Assembly (NCBI GenBank): GCA_964016885.1 | Contig: CAXHJY010000161.1 | Span: 186,001 to 250,000, forward strand | Direction: 5' to 3' | Origin: Eledone cirrhosa | Taxonomy: Eukaryota | Length of the DNA: 64,000 nt | Shown: positions 32,330 to 49,200 of the stretch, one piece after another | Layout of the letters: every line of letters begins with the position of its first letter | How positions within the stretch are numbered: position 1 is the stretch's first letter | Translations under genes and position numbers: made by a program | The notes under the pieces: generated by a model | Told to the model about the DNA's origin: nothing | What the model saw: the letters and a program-made list of their open reading frames with translations, nothing else | Databases searched by the model: none

Positions 32330-35300
32330 AACAGCAACAACACTGGCACTGACAGAGAAAACAGCAACAACAACACTGGCACTGACACAGAAAACAGCAA
32401 CAACTACAACAACACTGGCACTGACAGAGAAAACAGCAACAACTACAACAACACTGGCACTGACACAGAAAACAGCAACAACTACAACAACACTGGCACT
32501 GACAGAGAAAACAGCAACAACAACACTGGCACTGACACAGAAAACAGCAACAACTACAACAACACTGGCACTGACACAGTAAACAACAACAACTACAACA
32601 ACACTGGCACTGACAGAGAAAACAGCAACAACTACAACAACACTGGCACTGACACAGAAAACAGCAACAACTACAACAACACTGGCACTGACACAGAAAA
32701 CAGCAACAACTAAAACAACACCGGCACTGACACAGAAAACAGCAACAACTACAACAACACTGGCACGGAAAACAGCAACAACAGCAACAACAACACTGGC
32801 ACTGACACAGAAAACAGCAACAAAAGCAACAACAACCGTGGCACTGACACAGAAAACAGCAACAACAGCAACAATAACACTGGCACTGGCACAGAAAACA
32901 GCAACAGCAATACTGGAACTGACACAGAAAACAGCAACAGTAACAACAACAACACTGGCACTGACACAGAAAACAGCAACAACAACAACACTGGCACTGA
33001 CACAGAAAACAGCAACAACAACAACACTGGCACTGACAGTGAAAATAGCAACAGCAACAACACTGGCACTGACAGAGAAAACAGCAACAACAACAACACT
33101 GGCACTGACACAGAAAACAGCAACAACAACAACACTGGCACTGACACAGAAAACAGCAACAACAACAACACTGGCACTGACAGAGAAAACAGCAACAACT
33201 ACAACACTGACACTGACAGAGAAAGCAGCAACAACAACAACACTGTCACTGACAGAGAAAACAGCAACAACTACAACAACACTGGCACTGACAGAGAAAA
33301 CAGCAACAACTACAACACTGGCACTGACAGAGAAAACAGCAACAACAACAACACTGGCACTGACAAAGAAAACAGCAACAACTACAACAACACTGGCACT
33401 GACACAGAAAACAGCAACAACTACAACAAAACTGGCACTGACAGAGAAAACAGCAACAACTACAACAACACTGGCACTGACAGAGAAAACAGCAACAACA
33501 ACACTGGCACTGACACAGAAAACAGCAACAACTACAACAACACTGGCACTAACAGAGAAAACAGCAACAACTACAACAACACTGGCACTGACACAGAAAA
33601 CAGCAACAACTACAACAACACTGGCACTGACAGAGAAAACAGCAACAACAACAACACTGGCACTGACACAGAAAACAGCAACAACTACAACAACACTGGC
33701 ACTGACAGAGAAAACAGCTACAACTACAACAACACTGGCACTGACAGAGAAAACAGCAACAACTACAACAACACTGGCACTGACACTGAAAAAAGCAACA
33801 ACTACAACAACACTGGCACTGACACAGAAAACAGCAACAACTACAACAACACTGGCAGTGACACAGAAAACAGCAACAACAACAACACTGGCACTGACAC
33901 AGAAAACAGCAACAACAAAAACACTGGCACTGACAGAGAAAAGAGCAACAACAACAACACCGGCACTGACACAGAAAACAGCAACAACTACAACAACACT
34001 GGCACTGACAGAGAAAACAGCAACAACTACAAAAACACTGGCACTGACAGAGAAAACAGCAACAACAACAACACTGGCACTGACACAGAAAACAGCAACA
34101 ACTACAACACTGGCACTGACAGAGAAAACAGCAACAACTACAACAACACTGGCACTGACACAGAAAACAGCAACAACTACAACAACACTGGCACTGACAG
34201 AGAAAACAGCAACAGCAACAACACTGGCACTGACAGTGAAAACAGCAACAACTACAACAACACTGGCACTGACACAGAAAACAGCAACAACTACAACAAC
34301 ACTGGCACTGACAGAGAAAACAGCAACAACTACAACAACACTGGCACTGACACAGAAAACAGCAACAACTACAACAACACTGGCACTGACAGAGAAAACA
34401 GCAACAACAACACTGGCACTGACACAGAAAACAGCAACAACTACAGCAACACTGGCACTGACAGAGAAAACAGCAACAACTACAACAACACTGGCACTGA
34501 CAGAGAAAACAGCAACAACTACAACAACACTGGCACTGACACAGAAAACAGCAACAACTACAACAACACTGGCACTGACACAGAAAACAGCAACAACCAC
34601 AACAACACAGGCACTGACACAGAAAACAGCAACAACAACAACACTGGCACTGACAGAGAAAACAGCAACAACTAAAACAACACCGGCACTGACACAGAAA
34701 ACAGCAACAACTACAACAACACTGGCACGGAAAACAGCAACAACAGCAACAACAACACTGGCACTGACACAGAAAACAGCAACAACAGCAACAACAACCG
34801 TGGCACTGACACAGAAAACAGCAACAACAGCAACAATAACACTGGCACTGGCACAGAAAACAGCAACAGCAATACTGGAACTGACACAGAAAACAGCAAC
34901 AGTAACAACAACAACAACAACACTGGCACTGACACAGAAAACAGCAACAACAACAACACTGGCACTGACACAGAAAACAGCAACAACAACAACACTGGCA
35001 CTGACAGAGAAAACAGCAACAACTACAACACTGACACTGACAGAGAAAGCAGCAACAACAACAACACTGTCACTGACAGAGAAAACAGCAACAACTAAAA
35101 CAACACTGGCACTGACAGATAAAACAACAACAACTACAACACTGGCACTGACAGAGAAAACAGCAACAACAACAACACTGGCACTGACAAAGAAAACAGC
35201 AACAACTACAACAACACTGGCACTGACACAGAAAACAGCAACAACTACAACAAAACTGGCACTGACAGAGAAAACAGCAACAACTACAACAACACTGGCA

Positions 35301-38300
35301 CTGACAGAGAAAACAGCAACAACAACACTGGCACTGACACAGAAAACAGCAACAACTACAACAACACTGGCACTGACAGAGAAAACAGCAACAACTACAA
35401 CAACACTGGCACTGACACAGAAAACAGCAACAACTACAACAACACTGGCACTGACAGAGAAAACAGCAACAACAACAACACTGGCACTGACACAGAAAAC
35501 AGCAACAACTACAACAACACTGGCACTGACAGAGAAAACAGCAACAACTACAACAACACTGGCACTGACAGAGAAAACAGCAACAACTACAACAACACTG
35601 GCACTGACACTGAAAAAAGCAACAACTACAACAACACTGGCACTGACACAGAAAACAGCAACAACTACAACAACACTGGCACTGACAGAGAAAACAGCAA
35701 CAACAACAACAACACTGGCACTGACAGAGAAAACAGCAACAACTACAACACTGGCACTGACAGAGAAAACAGCAACAACAACAACACTGGCACTGACAAA
35801 GAAAACAGCAACAACTACAACAACACAGGCACTGACACAGAAAACAGCAACAACTACAACAAAACTGGCACTGACAGAGAAAACAGCAACAACTACAACA
35901 ACACTGGCACTGACAGAGAAAACAGCAACAACACTGGCACTGACACAGAAAACAGCAACAACTACAACAACACTGGCACTGACAGAGAAAACAGCAACAA
36001 CTACAACAACACTGGCACTGACACAGAAAACAGCAACAACTACAACAACACTGGCACTGACAGAGAAAACAGCAACAACAACAACACTGGCACTGACACA
36101 GAAAACAGCAACAACTACAACAACACTGGCACTGACAGAGAAAACAGCAACAACTACAACAACACTGGCACTGACAGAGAAAACAGCAACAACTACAACA
36201 ACACTGGCACTGACACTGAAAAAAGCAACAACTACAACAACACTGGCACTGACACAGAAAACAGCAACAACTACAACAACACTGGCACTGACACAGAAAA
36301 CAGCAACAACAACACTGGCACTGACACAGAAAACAGCAACAACAAAAATACTGGCACTGACAGAGAAAACAGCAACAACAACAACACTGGCACTGACAGA
36401 GAAAACAGCAACAACAACAACACCGTCACTGACACAGAAAACAGCAAGAACTACAACAACACTGGCACTGACAGAGAAAACAGCAACAATTACAACAAAA
36501 CTGGCACTGACAGAGAAAACAGCAACAACAACAACACTGGCACTGACACAGAAAACAGCAACAACTACAACACTGGCACTGACAGAGAAAACAGCAACAA
36601 CTACAACAACACTGGCACTGACAGAGAAAACAGCAACAGCAACAACACTGGCACTGACAGAGAAAACAGCAACAACAGCAACAACAACACTGGCACTGAC
36701 AGAGAAAACAGCAACAACAACACTGGCACTGACACAGAAAACAACCACAACTACAACAACACTGGCACTGACAGAGAAAACAGCAACAACTACAACAACA
36801 CTGGCACTGACACAGAAAACAGCAACAACTACAACAACACTGGCACTGACAGAGAAAACAGCAACAACAACACTGGCACTGACACAGAAAACAGCAACAA
36901 CTACAACAACACTGGCACTGACACAGTAAACAACAACAACTACAACAACACTGGCACTGACAGAGAAAACAGCAACAACTACAACAACACTGGCACTGAC
37001 ACAGAAAACAGCTACAACTACAACAACACTGGCACTGACACAGAAAACAGCAACAACTAAAACAACACCGGCACTGACACAGAAAACAGCAACAACTACA
37101 ACAACACTGGCACGGAAAACAGCAACAACAGCAACAACAACACTGGCACTGACACAGAAAACAGCAACAACAGCAACAACAACCGTGGCACTGACACAGA
37201 AAACAGCAACAACAGCAACAATAACACTGGCACTGGCACAGAAAACAGCAACAGCAATACTGGAACTGACACAGAAAACAGCAACAGTAACAACAACAAC
37301 ACTGGCACTGACACAGAAAACAGCAACAACAACAACACTGGCACTGACACAGAAAACAGCAACAACAACAACACTGACACTGACAGTGAAAATAGCAACA
37401 GCAACAACACTGGCACTGACAGAGAAAACAGCAACAACAACAACACTGGCACTGACACAGAAAACAGCAACAACAACAACACTGGCACTGACACAGAAAA
37501 CAGCAACAACAACAACACTGGCACTGACAGAGAAAACAGCAACAACTACAACACTGACACTGACAGAGAAAGCAGCAACAACAACAACACTGTCACTGAC
37601 AGAGAAAACAGCAACAACTACAACAACACTGGCACTGACAGAGAAAACAGCAACAACTACAACACTGGCACTGACAGAGAAAACAGCAACAACAACAACA
37701 CTGGCACTGACAAAGAAAACAGCAACAACTACAACAACACTGGCACTGACACAGAAAACAGCAACAACTACAACAAAACTGGCACTGACAGAGAAAACAG
37801 CAACAACTACAACAACACTGGCACTGACAGAGAAAACAGCAACAACAACACTGGCACTGACACAGAAAACAGGAACAACTACAACAACACTGGCACTAAC
37901 AGAGAAAACAGCAACAACTACAACAACACTGGCACTGACACAGAAAACAGCAACAACTACAACAACACTGGCACTGACAGAGAAAACAGCAACAACAACA
38001 ACACTGGCACTGACACAGAAAACAGCAACAACTACAAAAACACTGGCACTGACAGAGAAAACAGCAACAACTACAACAACACTGGCACTGACAGAGAAAA
38101 CAGCAACAACTACAACAACACTGGCACTGACACTGAAAAAAGCAACAACTACAACAACACTGGCACTGACACAGAAAACAGCAACAACTACAACAACACT
38201 GGCAGTGACACAGAAAACAGCAACAACAACAACACTGGCACTGACACAGAAAACAGCAACAACAAAAACAGTGGCACTGACAGAGAAAACAGCAACAACA

Positions 38301-40200
38301 ACAACACCGGCACTGACACAGAAAACAGCAACAACTACAACAACACTGGCACTGACAGAGAAAACAGCAACAACTACAACAACACTGGCACTGACAGAGA
38401 AAACAGCAACAACAACAACACTGGCACTGACACAGAAAACAGCAACAGCTACAACACTGGCACTGACAGAGAAAACAGCAACAACTACAACAACACTGGC
38501 ACTGACACAGAAAACAGCAACAACTACAACAACACTGGCACTGACAGAGAAAACAGCAACAGCAACAACACTGGCACTGACAGTGAAAACAGCAACAACT
38601 ACAACAACACTGGCACTGACACAGAAAACAGCAACAACTACAACAACACTGGCACTGACAGAGAAAACAGCAACAACTACAACAACACTGGCACTGACAC
38701 AGAAAACAGCAACAACTACAACAACACTGGCACTGACAGAGAAAACAGCAACAACAACACTGGCACTGACACAGAAAACAGCAACAACTACAGCAACACT
38801 GGCACTGACAGAGAAAACAGCAACAACTACAACAACACTGGCACTGACAGAGAAAACAGCAACAACTACAACAACACTGGCACTGACACAGAAAACAGCA
38901 ACAACTACAACAACACTGGCACTGACACAGAAAACAGCAACAACCACAACAACACTGGCACTGACACAGAAAACAGCAACAACAACAACACTGGCACTGA
39001 CAGAGAAAACAGCAACAACAACAACACCGGCACTGACACAGAAAACAGCAACAACTACAACAACACTGGCACGGAAAACAGCAACAACAGCAACAACAAC
39101 ACTGGCACTGACACAGAAAACAGCAACAACAGCAACAACAACCGTGGCACTGACACAGAAAACAGCAACAACAGCAACAATAACACTGGCACTGGCACAG
39201 AAAACAGCAACAGCAATACTGGAACTGACACAGAAAACAGCAACAGTAACAACAACAACACTGGCACTGACACAGAAAACAGCAACAACAACAACACTGG
39301 CACTGACACAGAAAACAGCAACAACAACAACACTGGCACTGACAGTGAAAATAGCAACAGCAACAACACTGGCACTGACAGAGAAAACAGCAACAACAAC
39401 AACACTGGCACTGACACAGAAAACAGCAACAACAACACTGGCACTGACACAGAAAACAGCAACAACAACAACACTGGCACTGACAGAGAAAACAGCAACA
39501 ACTACAACACTGACACTGACAGAGAAAGCAGCAACAACAACAACACTGTCACTGACAGAGAAAACAGCAACAACTACAACAACACTGGCACTGACAGAGA
39601 AAACAGCAACAACTACAACACTGGCACTGACAGAGAAAACAGCAACAACAACAACACTGGCACTGACAAAGAAAACAGCAACAACTACAACAACACTGGC
39701 ACTGACACAGAAAACAGCAACAACTACAACAAAACTGGCACTGACAGAGAAAACAGCAACAACTACAACAACACTGGCACTGACAGAGAAAACAGCAACA
39801 ACAACACTGGCACTGACACAGAAAACAGCAACAACTACAACAACACTGGCACTAACAGAGAAAACAGCAACAACTACAACAACACTGGCACTGACACAGA
39901 AAACAGCAACAACTACAACAACACTGGCACTGACAGAGAAAACAGCAACAACAACAACACTGGCACTGACACAGAAAACAGCAACAACTACAACAACACT
40001 GGCACTGACAGAGAAAACAGCAACAACTACAACAACACTGGCACTGACAGAGAAAACAGCAACAACTACAACAACACTGGCACTGACACTGAAAAAAGCA
40101 ACAACTACAACAACACTGGCACTGACACAGAAAACAGCAACAACTACAACAACACTGGCAGTGACACAGAAAACAGCAACAACAACAACACTGGCACTGA
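32330..40200. repeat. Block with a dispersed, slightly edited copy at ~50.6-58.2 kb (offset ~18.0-18.3 kb)
   Basis: Offsets 32838/51108, 34711/52900, 36929/55082, 37096/55249 and 39055/57091. Shared private variants include GAAAAGAGC ~33940/52207, an extended GTA(ACA)6 ~34902/53091, and GCAAGAAC ~36445/54633. Confidence 0.8.
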
Positions 40201-43200
40201 CACAGAAAACAGCAACAACTACAACACTGGCACTGACAGAGAAAACAGCAACAACAGCAACAACAACACTGGCACTGACAGAGAAAACAGCAACAACAAC
40301 ACTGGCACTGACACAGAAAACAGCAACAACTACAACAACACTGGCACTGACAGAGAAAACAGCAACAACTACAACAACACTGGCACTGACACAGAAAACA
40401 GCAACAACTACAACAACACTGGCACTGACAGAGAAAACAGCAACAACAACACTGGCACTGACACAGAAAACAGCAACAACTACAACAACACTGGCACTGA
40501 CACAGTAAATAACAACAACTACAACAACACTGGCACTGACAGAGAAAACAGCAACAACTACAACAACACTGGCACTGACACAGAAAACAGCTACAACTAC
40601 AACAACACTGGCACTGACACAGAAAACAGCAACAACTAAAACAACACCGGCACTGACACAGAAAACAGCAACAACTACAACAACACTGGCACGGAAAACA
40701 GCAACAACAGCAACAACAACACTGGCACTGACAGAAAACTCAACAACAGCAACAACAACCGTGGCACTGACACAGAAAACAGCAACAACAGCAACAATAA
40801 CACTGGCACTGGCACAGAAAACAGCAACAGCAATACTGGAACTTACACAGAAAACAGCAACAGTAACAACAACAACACTGGCACTGACACAGAAAACAGC
40901 AACAACAACAACACTGGCACTGACACAGAAAACAGCAACAACAACAACACTGACACTGACAGTGAAAATAGCAACAGCAACAACACTGGCACTGACAGAG
41001 AAAACAGCAACAACAACAACACTGGCACTGACACAGAAAACAGCAACAACTACAACAACACTGGCACTGACAAAGAAAACAGCAACAACAACAACAACAC
41101 TGGCACTGACAGAGAAAACAGCAACAACTACAACACTGGCACTGACAGAGAAAACAGCAACAACAACAACACTGGCACTGACAAAGAAAACAGCAACAAC
41201 TACAACAACACTGGCACTGACACAGAAAACAGCAACAACTACAACAAAACTGGCACTGACAGAGAAAACAGCAACAACTACAACAACACTGGCACTGACA
41301 GAGAAAACAGCAACAACACTGGCACTGACACAGAAAACAGCAACAACTACAACAACACTGGCACTGACAGAGAAAACAGCAACAACTACAACAACACTGG
41401 CACTGACACAGAAAACAGCAACAACTACAACAACACTGGCACTGACAGAGAAAACAGCAACAACAAGAACACTGGCACTGACAGAGAAAACAGCAACAAC
41501 TACAACAACACTGGCACTGACAGAGAAAACAGCAACAACTACAACAACACTGGCACTGACACTGAAAAAAGCAACAACTACAACAACACTGGCACTGACA
41601 CAGAAAACAGCAACAATTACAACAACACTGGCACTGACACAGAAAACAGCAACAACAACACTGGCACTGACACAGAAAACAGCAACAACAAAAACACTGG
41701 CACTGACAGAGAAAACAGCAACAACAACAACACTGGCACTGACAGAGAAAACAGCAACAACAACAACACCGGCACTGACACAGAAAACAGCAACAACTAC
41801 AACAACACTGGCACTGACAGAGAAAACAGCAACAATTACAACAACACTGGCACTGACAGAGAAAACAGCAACAACAACAACACTGGCACTGACACAGAAA
41901 ACAGCAACAAAAGCAACAACAACCGTGGCACTGACACAGAAAACAGCAACAACAGCAACAATAACACTGGCACTGGCACAGAAAACAGCAACAGCAATAC
42001 TGGAACTGACACAGAAAACAGCAACAGTAACAACAACAACACTGGCACTGACACAGAAAACAGCAACAACAACAACACTGGCACTGACACAGAAAACAGC
42101 AACAACAACAACACTGGCACTGACAGTGAAAATAGCAACAGCAACAACACTGGCACTGACAGAGAAAACAGCAACAACAACAACACTGGCACTGACACAG
42201 AAAACAGCAACAACAACAACACTGGCACTGACACAGAAAACAGCAACAACAACAACACTGGCACTGACAGAGAAAACAGCAACAACTACAACACTGACAC
42301 TGACAGAGAAAGCAGCAACAACAACAACACTGTCACTGACAGAGAAAACAGCAACAACTACAACAACACTGGCACTGACAGAGAAAACAGCAACAACTAC
42401 AACACTGGCACTGACAGAGAAAACAGCAACAACAACAACACTGGCACTGACAAAGAAAACAGCAACAACTACAACAACACTGGCACTGACACAGAAAACA
42501 GCAACAACTACAACAAAACTGGCACTGACAGAGAAAACAGCAACAACTACAACAACACTGGCACTGACAGAGAAAACAGCAACAACAACACTGGCACTGA
42601 CACAGAAAACAGCAACAACTACAACAACACTGGCACTAACAGAGAAAACAGCAACAACTACAACAACACTGGCACTGACACAGAAAACAGCAACAACTAC
42701 AACAACACTGGCACTGACAGAGAAAACAGCAACAACAACAACACTGGCACTGACACAGAAAACAGCAACAACTACAACAACACTGGCACTGACAGAGAAA
42801 ACAGCTACAACTACAACAACACTGGCACTGACAGAGAAAACAGCAATAACTACAACAACACTGGCACTGACACTGAAAAAAGCAACAACTACAACAACAC
42901 TGGCACTGACACAGAAAACAGCAACAACTACAACAAAACTGGCACTGACAGAGAAAACAGCAACAATTACAACAACACTGGCACTGACAGAGAAAACAGC
43001 AACAACAACAACACTGGCACTGACACAGAAAACAGCAACAACTACAACACTGGCACTGACAGAGAAAACAGCAACAACTACAACAACACTGGCACTGACA
43101 GAGAAAACAGCAACAGCAACAACACTGGCACTGACAGAGAAAACAGCAACAACAACACTGGCACTGACACAGAAAACAGCAACAACTACAACAACACTGG

Positions 43201-46200
43201 CACTGACAGAGAAAACAGCAACAACTACAACAACACTGGCACTGACACAGAAAACAGCAACAACTACAACAACACTGGCACTGACAGAGAAAACAGCAAC
43301 AACAACACTGGCACTGACACAGAAAACAGCAACAACTACAACAACACTGGCACTGACACAGTAAACAACAACAACTACAACAACACTGGCACTGACAGAG
43401 AAAACAGCAACAACTACAACAACACTGGCACTGACACAGAAAACAGCAACAACTACAACAACACTGGCACTGACACAGAAAACAGCAACAACTAAAACAA
43501 CACCGGCACTGACACAGAAAACAGCAACAACTACAACAACACTGGCACGGAAAACAGCAACAACAGCAACAACAACACTGGCACTGACACAGAAAACAGC
43601 AACAAAAGCAACAACAACCGTGGCACTGACACAGAAAACAGCAACAACAGCAACAATAACACTGGCACTGGCACAGAAAACAGCAACAGCAATACTGGAA
43701 CTGACACAGAAAACAGCAACAGTAACAACAACAACACTGGCACTGACACAGAAAACAGCAACAACAACAACACTGGCACTGACACAGAAAACAGCAACAA
43801 CAACAACACTGGCACTGACACAGAAAACAGCAACAACAACAACACTGGCACTGACAGTGAAAATAGCAACAGCAACAACACTGGCACTGACAGAGAAAAC
43901 AGCAACAACAACAACACTGGCACTGACACAGAAAACAGCAACAACAACAACACTGGCACTGACACAGAAAACAGCAACAACAACAACACTGGCACTGACA
44001 GAGAAAACAGCAACAACTACAACACTGACACTGACAGAGAAAGCAGCAACAACAACAACACTGTCACTGACAGAGAAAACAGCAACAACTACAACAACAC
44101 TGGCACTGACAGAGAAAACAGCAACAACTACAACACTGGCACTGACAGAGAAAACAGCAACAACAACAACACTGGCACTGACAAAGAAAACAGCAACAAC
44201 TACAACAACACTGGCACTGACACAGAAAACAGCAACAACTACAACAAAACTGGCACTGACACAGAAAACAGCAACAACTACAACAACACTGGCACTGACA
44301 GAGAAAACAGCAACAACAACACTGGCACTGACACAGAAAACAGCAACAACTACAACAACACTGGCACTAACAGAGAAAACAGCAACAACTACAACAACAC
44401 TGGCACTGACACAGAAAACAGCAACAACTACAACAACACTGGCACTGACAGAGAAAACAGCAACAACTACAACAACACTGGCACTGACACAGAAAACAGC
44501 TACAACTACAACAACACTGGCACTGACACAGAAAACAGCAACAACTAAAACAACACCGGCACTGACACAGAAAACAGCAACAACTACAACAACACTGGCA
44601 CGGAAAACAGCAACAACAGCAACAACAACACTGGCACTGACACAGAAAACAGCAACAACAGCAACAACAACCGTGGCACTGACACAGAAAACAGCAACAA
44701 CAGCAACAATAACACTGGCACTGGCACAGAAAACAGCAACAGCAATACTGGAACTGACACAGAAAACAGCAACAGTAACAACAACAACACTGGCACTGAC
44801 ACAGAAAACAGCAACAACAACAACACTGGCACTGACACAGAAAACAGCAACAACAACAACACTGACACTGACAGTGAAAATAGCAACAGCAACAACACTG
44901 GCACTGACAGAGAAAACAGCAACAACAACAACACTGGCACTGACACAGAAAACAGCAACAACAACAACACTGGCACTGACACAGAAAACAGCAACAACAA
45001 CAACACTGGCACTGACAGAGAAAACAGCAACAACTACAACACTGACACTGACAGAGAAAGCAGCAACAACAACAACACTGTCACTGACAGAGAAAACAGC
45101 AACAACTACAACAACACTGGCACTGACAGAGAAAACAGCAACAACTACAACACTGGCACTGACAGAGAAAACAGCAACAACAACAACACTGGCACTGACA
45201 AAGAAAACAGCAACAACTACAACAACACTGGCACTGACACAGAAAACAGCAACAACTACAACAAAACTGGCACTGACAGAGAAAACAGCAACAACTACAA
45301 CAACACTGGCACTGACAGAGAAAACAGCAACAACAACACTGGCACTGACACAGAAAACAGGAACAACTACAACAACACTGGCACTAACAGAGAAAACAGC
45401 AACAACTACAACAACACTGGCACTGACACAGAAAACAGCAACAACTACAACAACACTGGCACTGACAGAGAAAACAGCAACAACAACAACACTGGCACTG
45501 ACACAGAAAACAGCAACAACTACAAAAACACTGGCACTGACAGAGAAAACAGCAACAACTACAACAACACTGGCACTGACAGAGAAAACAGCAACAACTA
45601 CAACAACACTGGCACTGACACTGAAAAAAGCAACAACTACAACAACACTGGCACTGACACAGAAAACAGCAACAACTACAACAACACTGGCAGTGACACA
45701 GAAAACAGCAACAACAACAACACTGGCACTGACACAGAAAACAGCAACAACAAAAACAGTGGCACTGACAGAGAAAACAGCAACAACAACAACACCGGCA
45801 CTGACACAGAAAACAGCAACAACTACAACAACACTGGCACTGACAGAGAAAACAGCAACAACTACAACAACACTGGCACTGACAGAGAAAACAGCAACAA
45901 CAACAACACTGGCACTGACACAGAAAACAGCAACAGCTACAACACTGGCACTGACAGAGAAAACAGCAACAACTACAACAACACTGGCACTGACACAGAA
46001 AACAGCAACAACTACAACAACACTGGCACTGACAGAGAAAACAGCAACAGCAACAACACTGGCACTGACAGTGAAAACAGCAACAACTACAACAACACTG
46101 GCACTGACACAGAAAACAGCAACAACTACAACAACACTGGCACTGACAGAGAAAACAGCAACAACTACAACAACACTGGCACTGACACAGAAAACAGCAA

Positions 46201-49200
46201 CAACTACAACAACACTGGCACTGACAGAGAAAACAGCAACAACAACACTGGCACTGACACAGAAAACAGCAACAACTACAGCAACACTGGCACTGACAGA
46301 GAAAACAGCAACAACTACAACAACACTGGCACTGACAGAGAAAACAGCAACAACTACAACAACACTGGCACTGACACAGAAAACAGCAACAACTACAACA
46401 ACACTGGCACTGACACAGAAAACAGCAACAACCACAACAACACTGGCACTGACACAGAAAACAGCAACAACAACAACACTGGCACTGACAGAGAAAACAG
46501 CAACAACAACAACACCGGCACTGACACAGAAAACAGCAACAACTACAACAACACTGGCACGGAAAACAGCAACAACAGCAACAACAACACTGGCACTGAC
46601 ACAGAAAACAGCAACAACAGCAACAACAACCGTGGCACTGACACAGAAAACAGCAACAACAGCAACAATAACACTGGCACTGGCACAGAAAACAGCAACA
46701 GCAATACTGGAACTGACACAGAAAACAGCAACAGTAACAACAACAACACTGGCACTGACACAGAAAACAGCAACAACAACAACACTGGCACTGACACAGA
46801 AAACAGCAACAACAACAACACTGGCACTGACAGTGAAAATAGCAACAGCAACAACACTGGCACTGACAGAGAAAACAGCAACAACAACAACACTGGCACT
46901 GACACAGAAAACAGCAACAACAACACTGGCACTGACACAGAAAACAGCAACAACAACAACACTGGCACTGACAGAGAAAACAGCAACAACTACAACACTG
47001 ACACTGACAGAGAAAGCAGCAACAACAACAACACTGTCACTGACAGAGAAAACAGCAACAACTACAACAACACTGGCACTGACAGAGAAAACAGCAACAA
47101 CTACAACACTGGCACTGACAGAGAAAACAGCAACAACAACAACACTGGCACTGACAAAGAAAACAGCAACAACTACAACAACACTGGCACTGACACAGAA
47201 AACAGCAACAACTACAACAAAACTGGCACTGACAGAGAAAACAGCAACAACTACAACAACACTGGCACTGACAGAGAAAACAGCAACAACAACACTGGCA
47301 CTGACACAGAAAACAGCAACAACTACAACAACACTGGCACTAACAGAGAAAACAGCAACAACTACAACAACACTGGCACTGACACAGAAAACAGCAACAA
47401 CTACAACAACACTGGCACTGACAGAGAAAACAGCAACAACAACAACACTGGCACTGACACAGAAAACAGCAACAACTACAACAACACTGGCACTGACAGA
47501 GAAAACAGCAACAACTACAACAACACTGGCACTGACAGAGAAAACAGCAACAACTACAACAACACTGGCACTGACACTGAAAAAAGCAACAACTACAACA
47601 ACACTGGCACTGACACAGAAAACAGCAACAACTACAACAACACTGGCAGTGACACAGAAAACAGCAACAACAACAACACTGGCACTGACACAGAAAACAG
47701 CAACAACTACAACACTGGCACTGACAGAGAAAACAGCAACAACAGCAACAACAACACTGGCACTGACAGAGAAAACAGCAACAACAACACTGGCACTGAC
47801 ACAGAAAACAGCAACAACTACAACAACACTGGCACTGACAGAGAAAACAGCAACAACTACAACAACACTGGCACTGACACAGAAAACAGCAACAACTACA
47901 ACAACACTGGCACTGACAGAGAAAACAGCAACAACAACACTGGCACTGACACAGAAAACAGCAACAACTACAACAACACTGGCACTGACACAGTAAATAA
48001 CAACAACTACAACAACACTGGCACTGACAGAGAAAACAGCAACAACTACAACAACACTGGCACTGACACAGAAAACAGCTACAACTACAACAACACTGGC
48101 ACTGACACAGAAAACAGCAACAACTAAAACAACACCGGCACTGACACAGAAAACAGCAACAACTACAACAACACTGGCACGGAAAACAGCAACAACAGCA
48201 ACAACAACACTGGCACTGACAGAAAACTCAACAACAGCAACAACAACCGTGGCACTGACACAGAAAACAGCAACAACAGCAACAATAACACTGGCACTGG
48301 CACAGAAAACAGCAACAGCAATACTGGAACTTACACAGAAAACAGCAACAGTAACAACAACAACACTGGCACTGACACAGAAAACAGCAACAACAACAAC
48401 ACTGGCACTGACACAGAAAACAGCAACAACAACAACACTGACACTGACAGTGAAAATAGCAACAGCAACAACACTGGCACTGACAGAGAAAACAGCAACA
48501 ACAACAACACTGGCACTGACACAGAAAACAGCAACAACTACAACAACACTGGCACTGACAAAGAAAACAGCAACAACAACAACAACACTGGCACTGACAG
48601 AGAAAACAGCAACAACTACAACACTGGCACTGACAGAGAAAACAGCAACAACAACAACACTGGCACTGACAAAGAAAACAGCAACAACTACAACAACACT
48701 GGCACTGACACAGAAAACAGCAACAACTACAACAAAACTGGCACTGACAGAGAAAACAGCAACAACTACAACAACACTGGCACTGACAGAGAAAACAGCA
48801 ACAACACTGGCACTGACACAGAAAACAGCAACAACTACAACAACACTGGCACTGACAGAGAAAACAGCAACAACTACAACAACACTGGCACTGACACAGA
48901 AAACAGCAACAACTACAACAACACTGGCACTGACAGAGAAAACAGCAACAACAAGAACACTGGCACTGACAGAGAAAACAGCAACAACTACAACAACACT
49001 GGCACTGACAGAGAAAACAGCAACAACTACAACAACACTGGCACTGACACTGAAAAAAGCAACAACTACAACAACACTGGCACTGACACAGAAAACAGCA
49101 ACAATTACAACAACACTGGCACTGACACAGAAAACAGCAACAACAACACTGGCACTGACACAGAAAACAGCAACAACAAAAACACTGGCACTGACAGAGA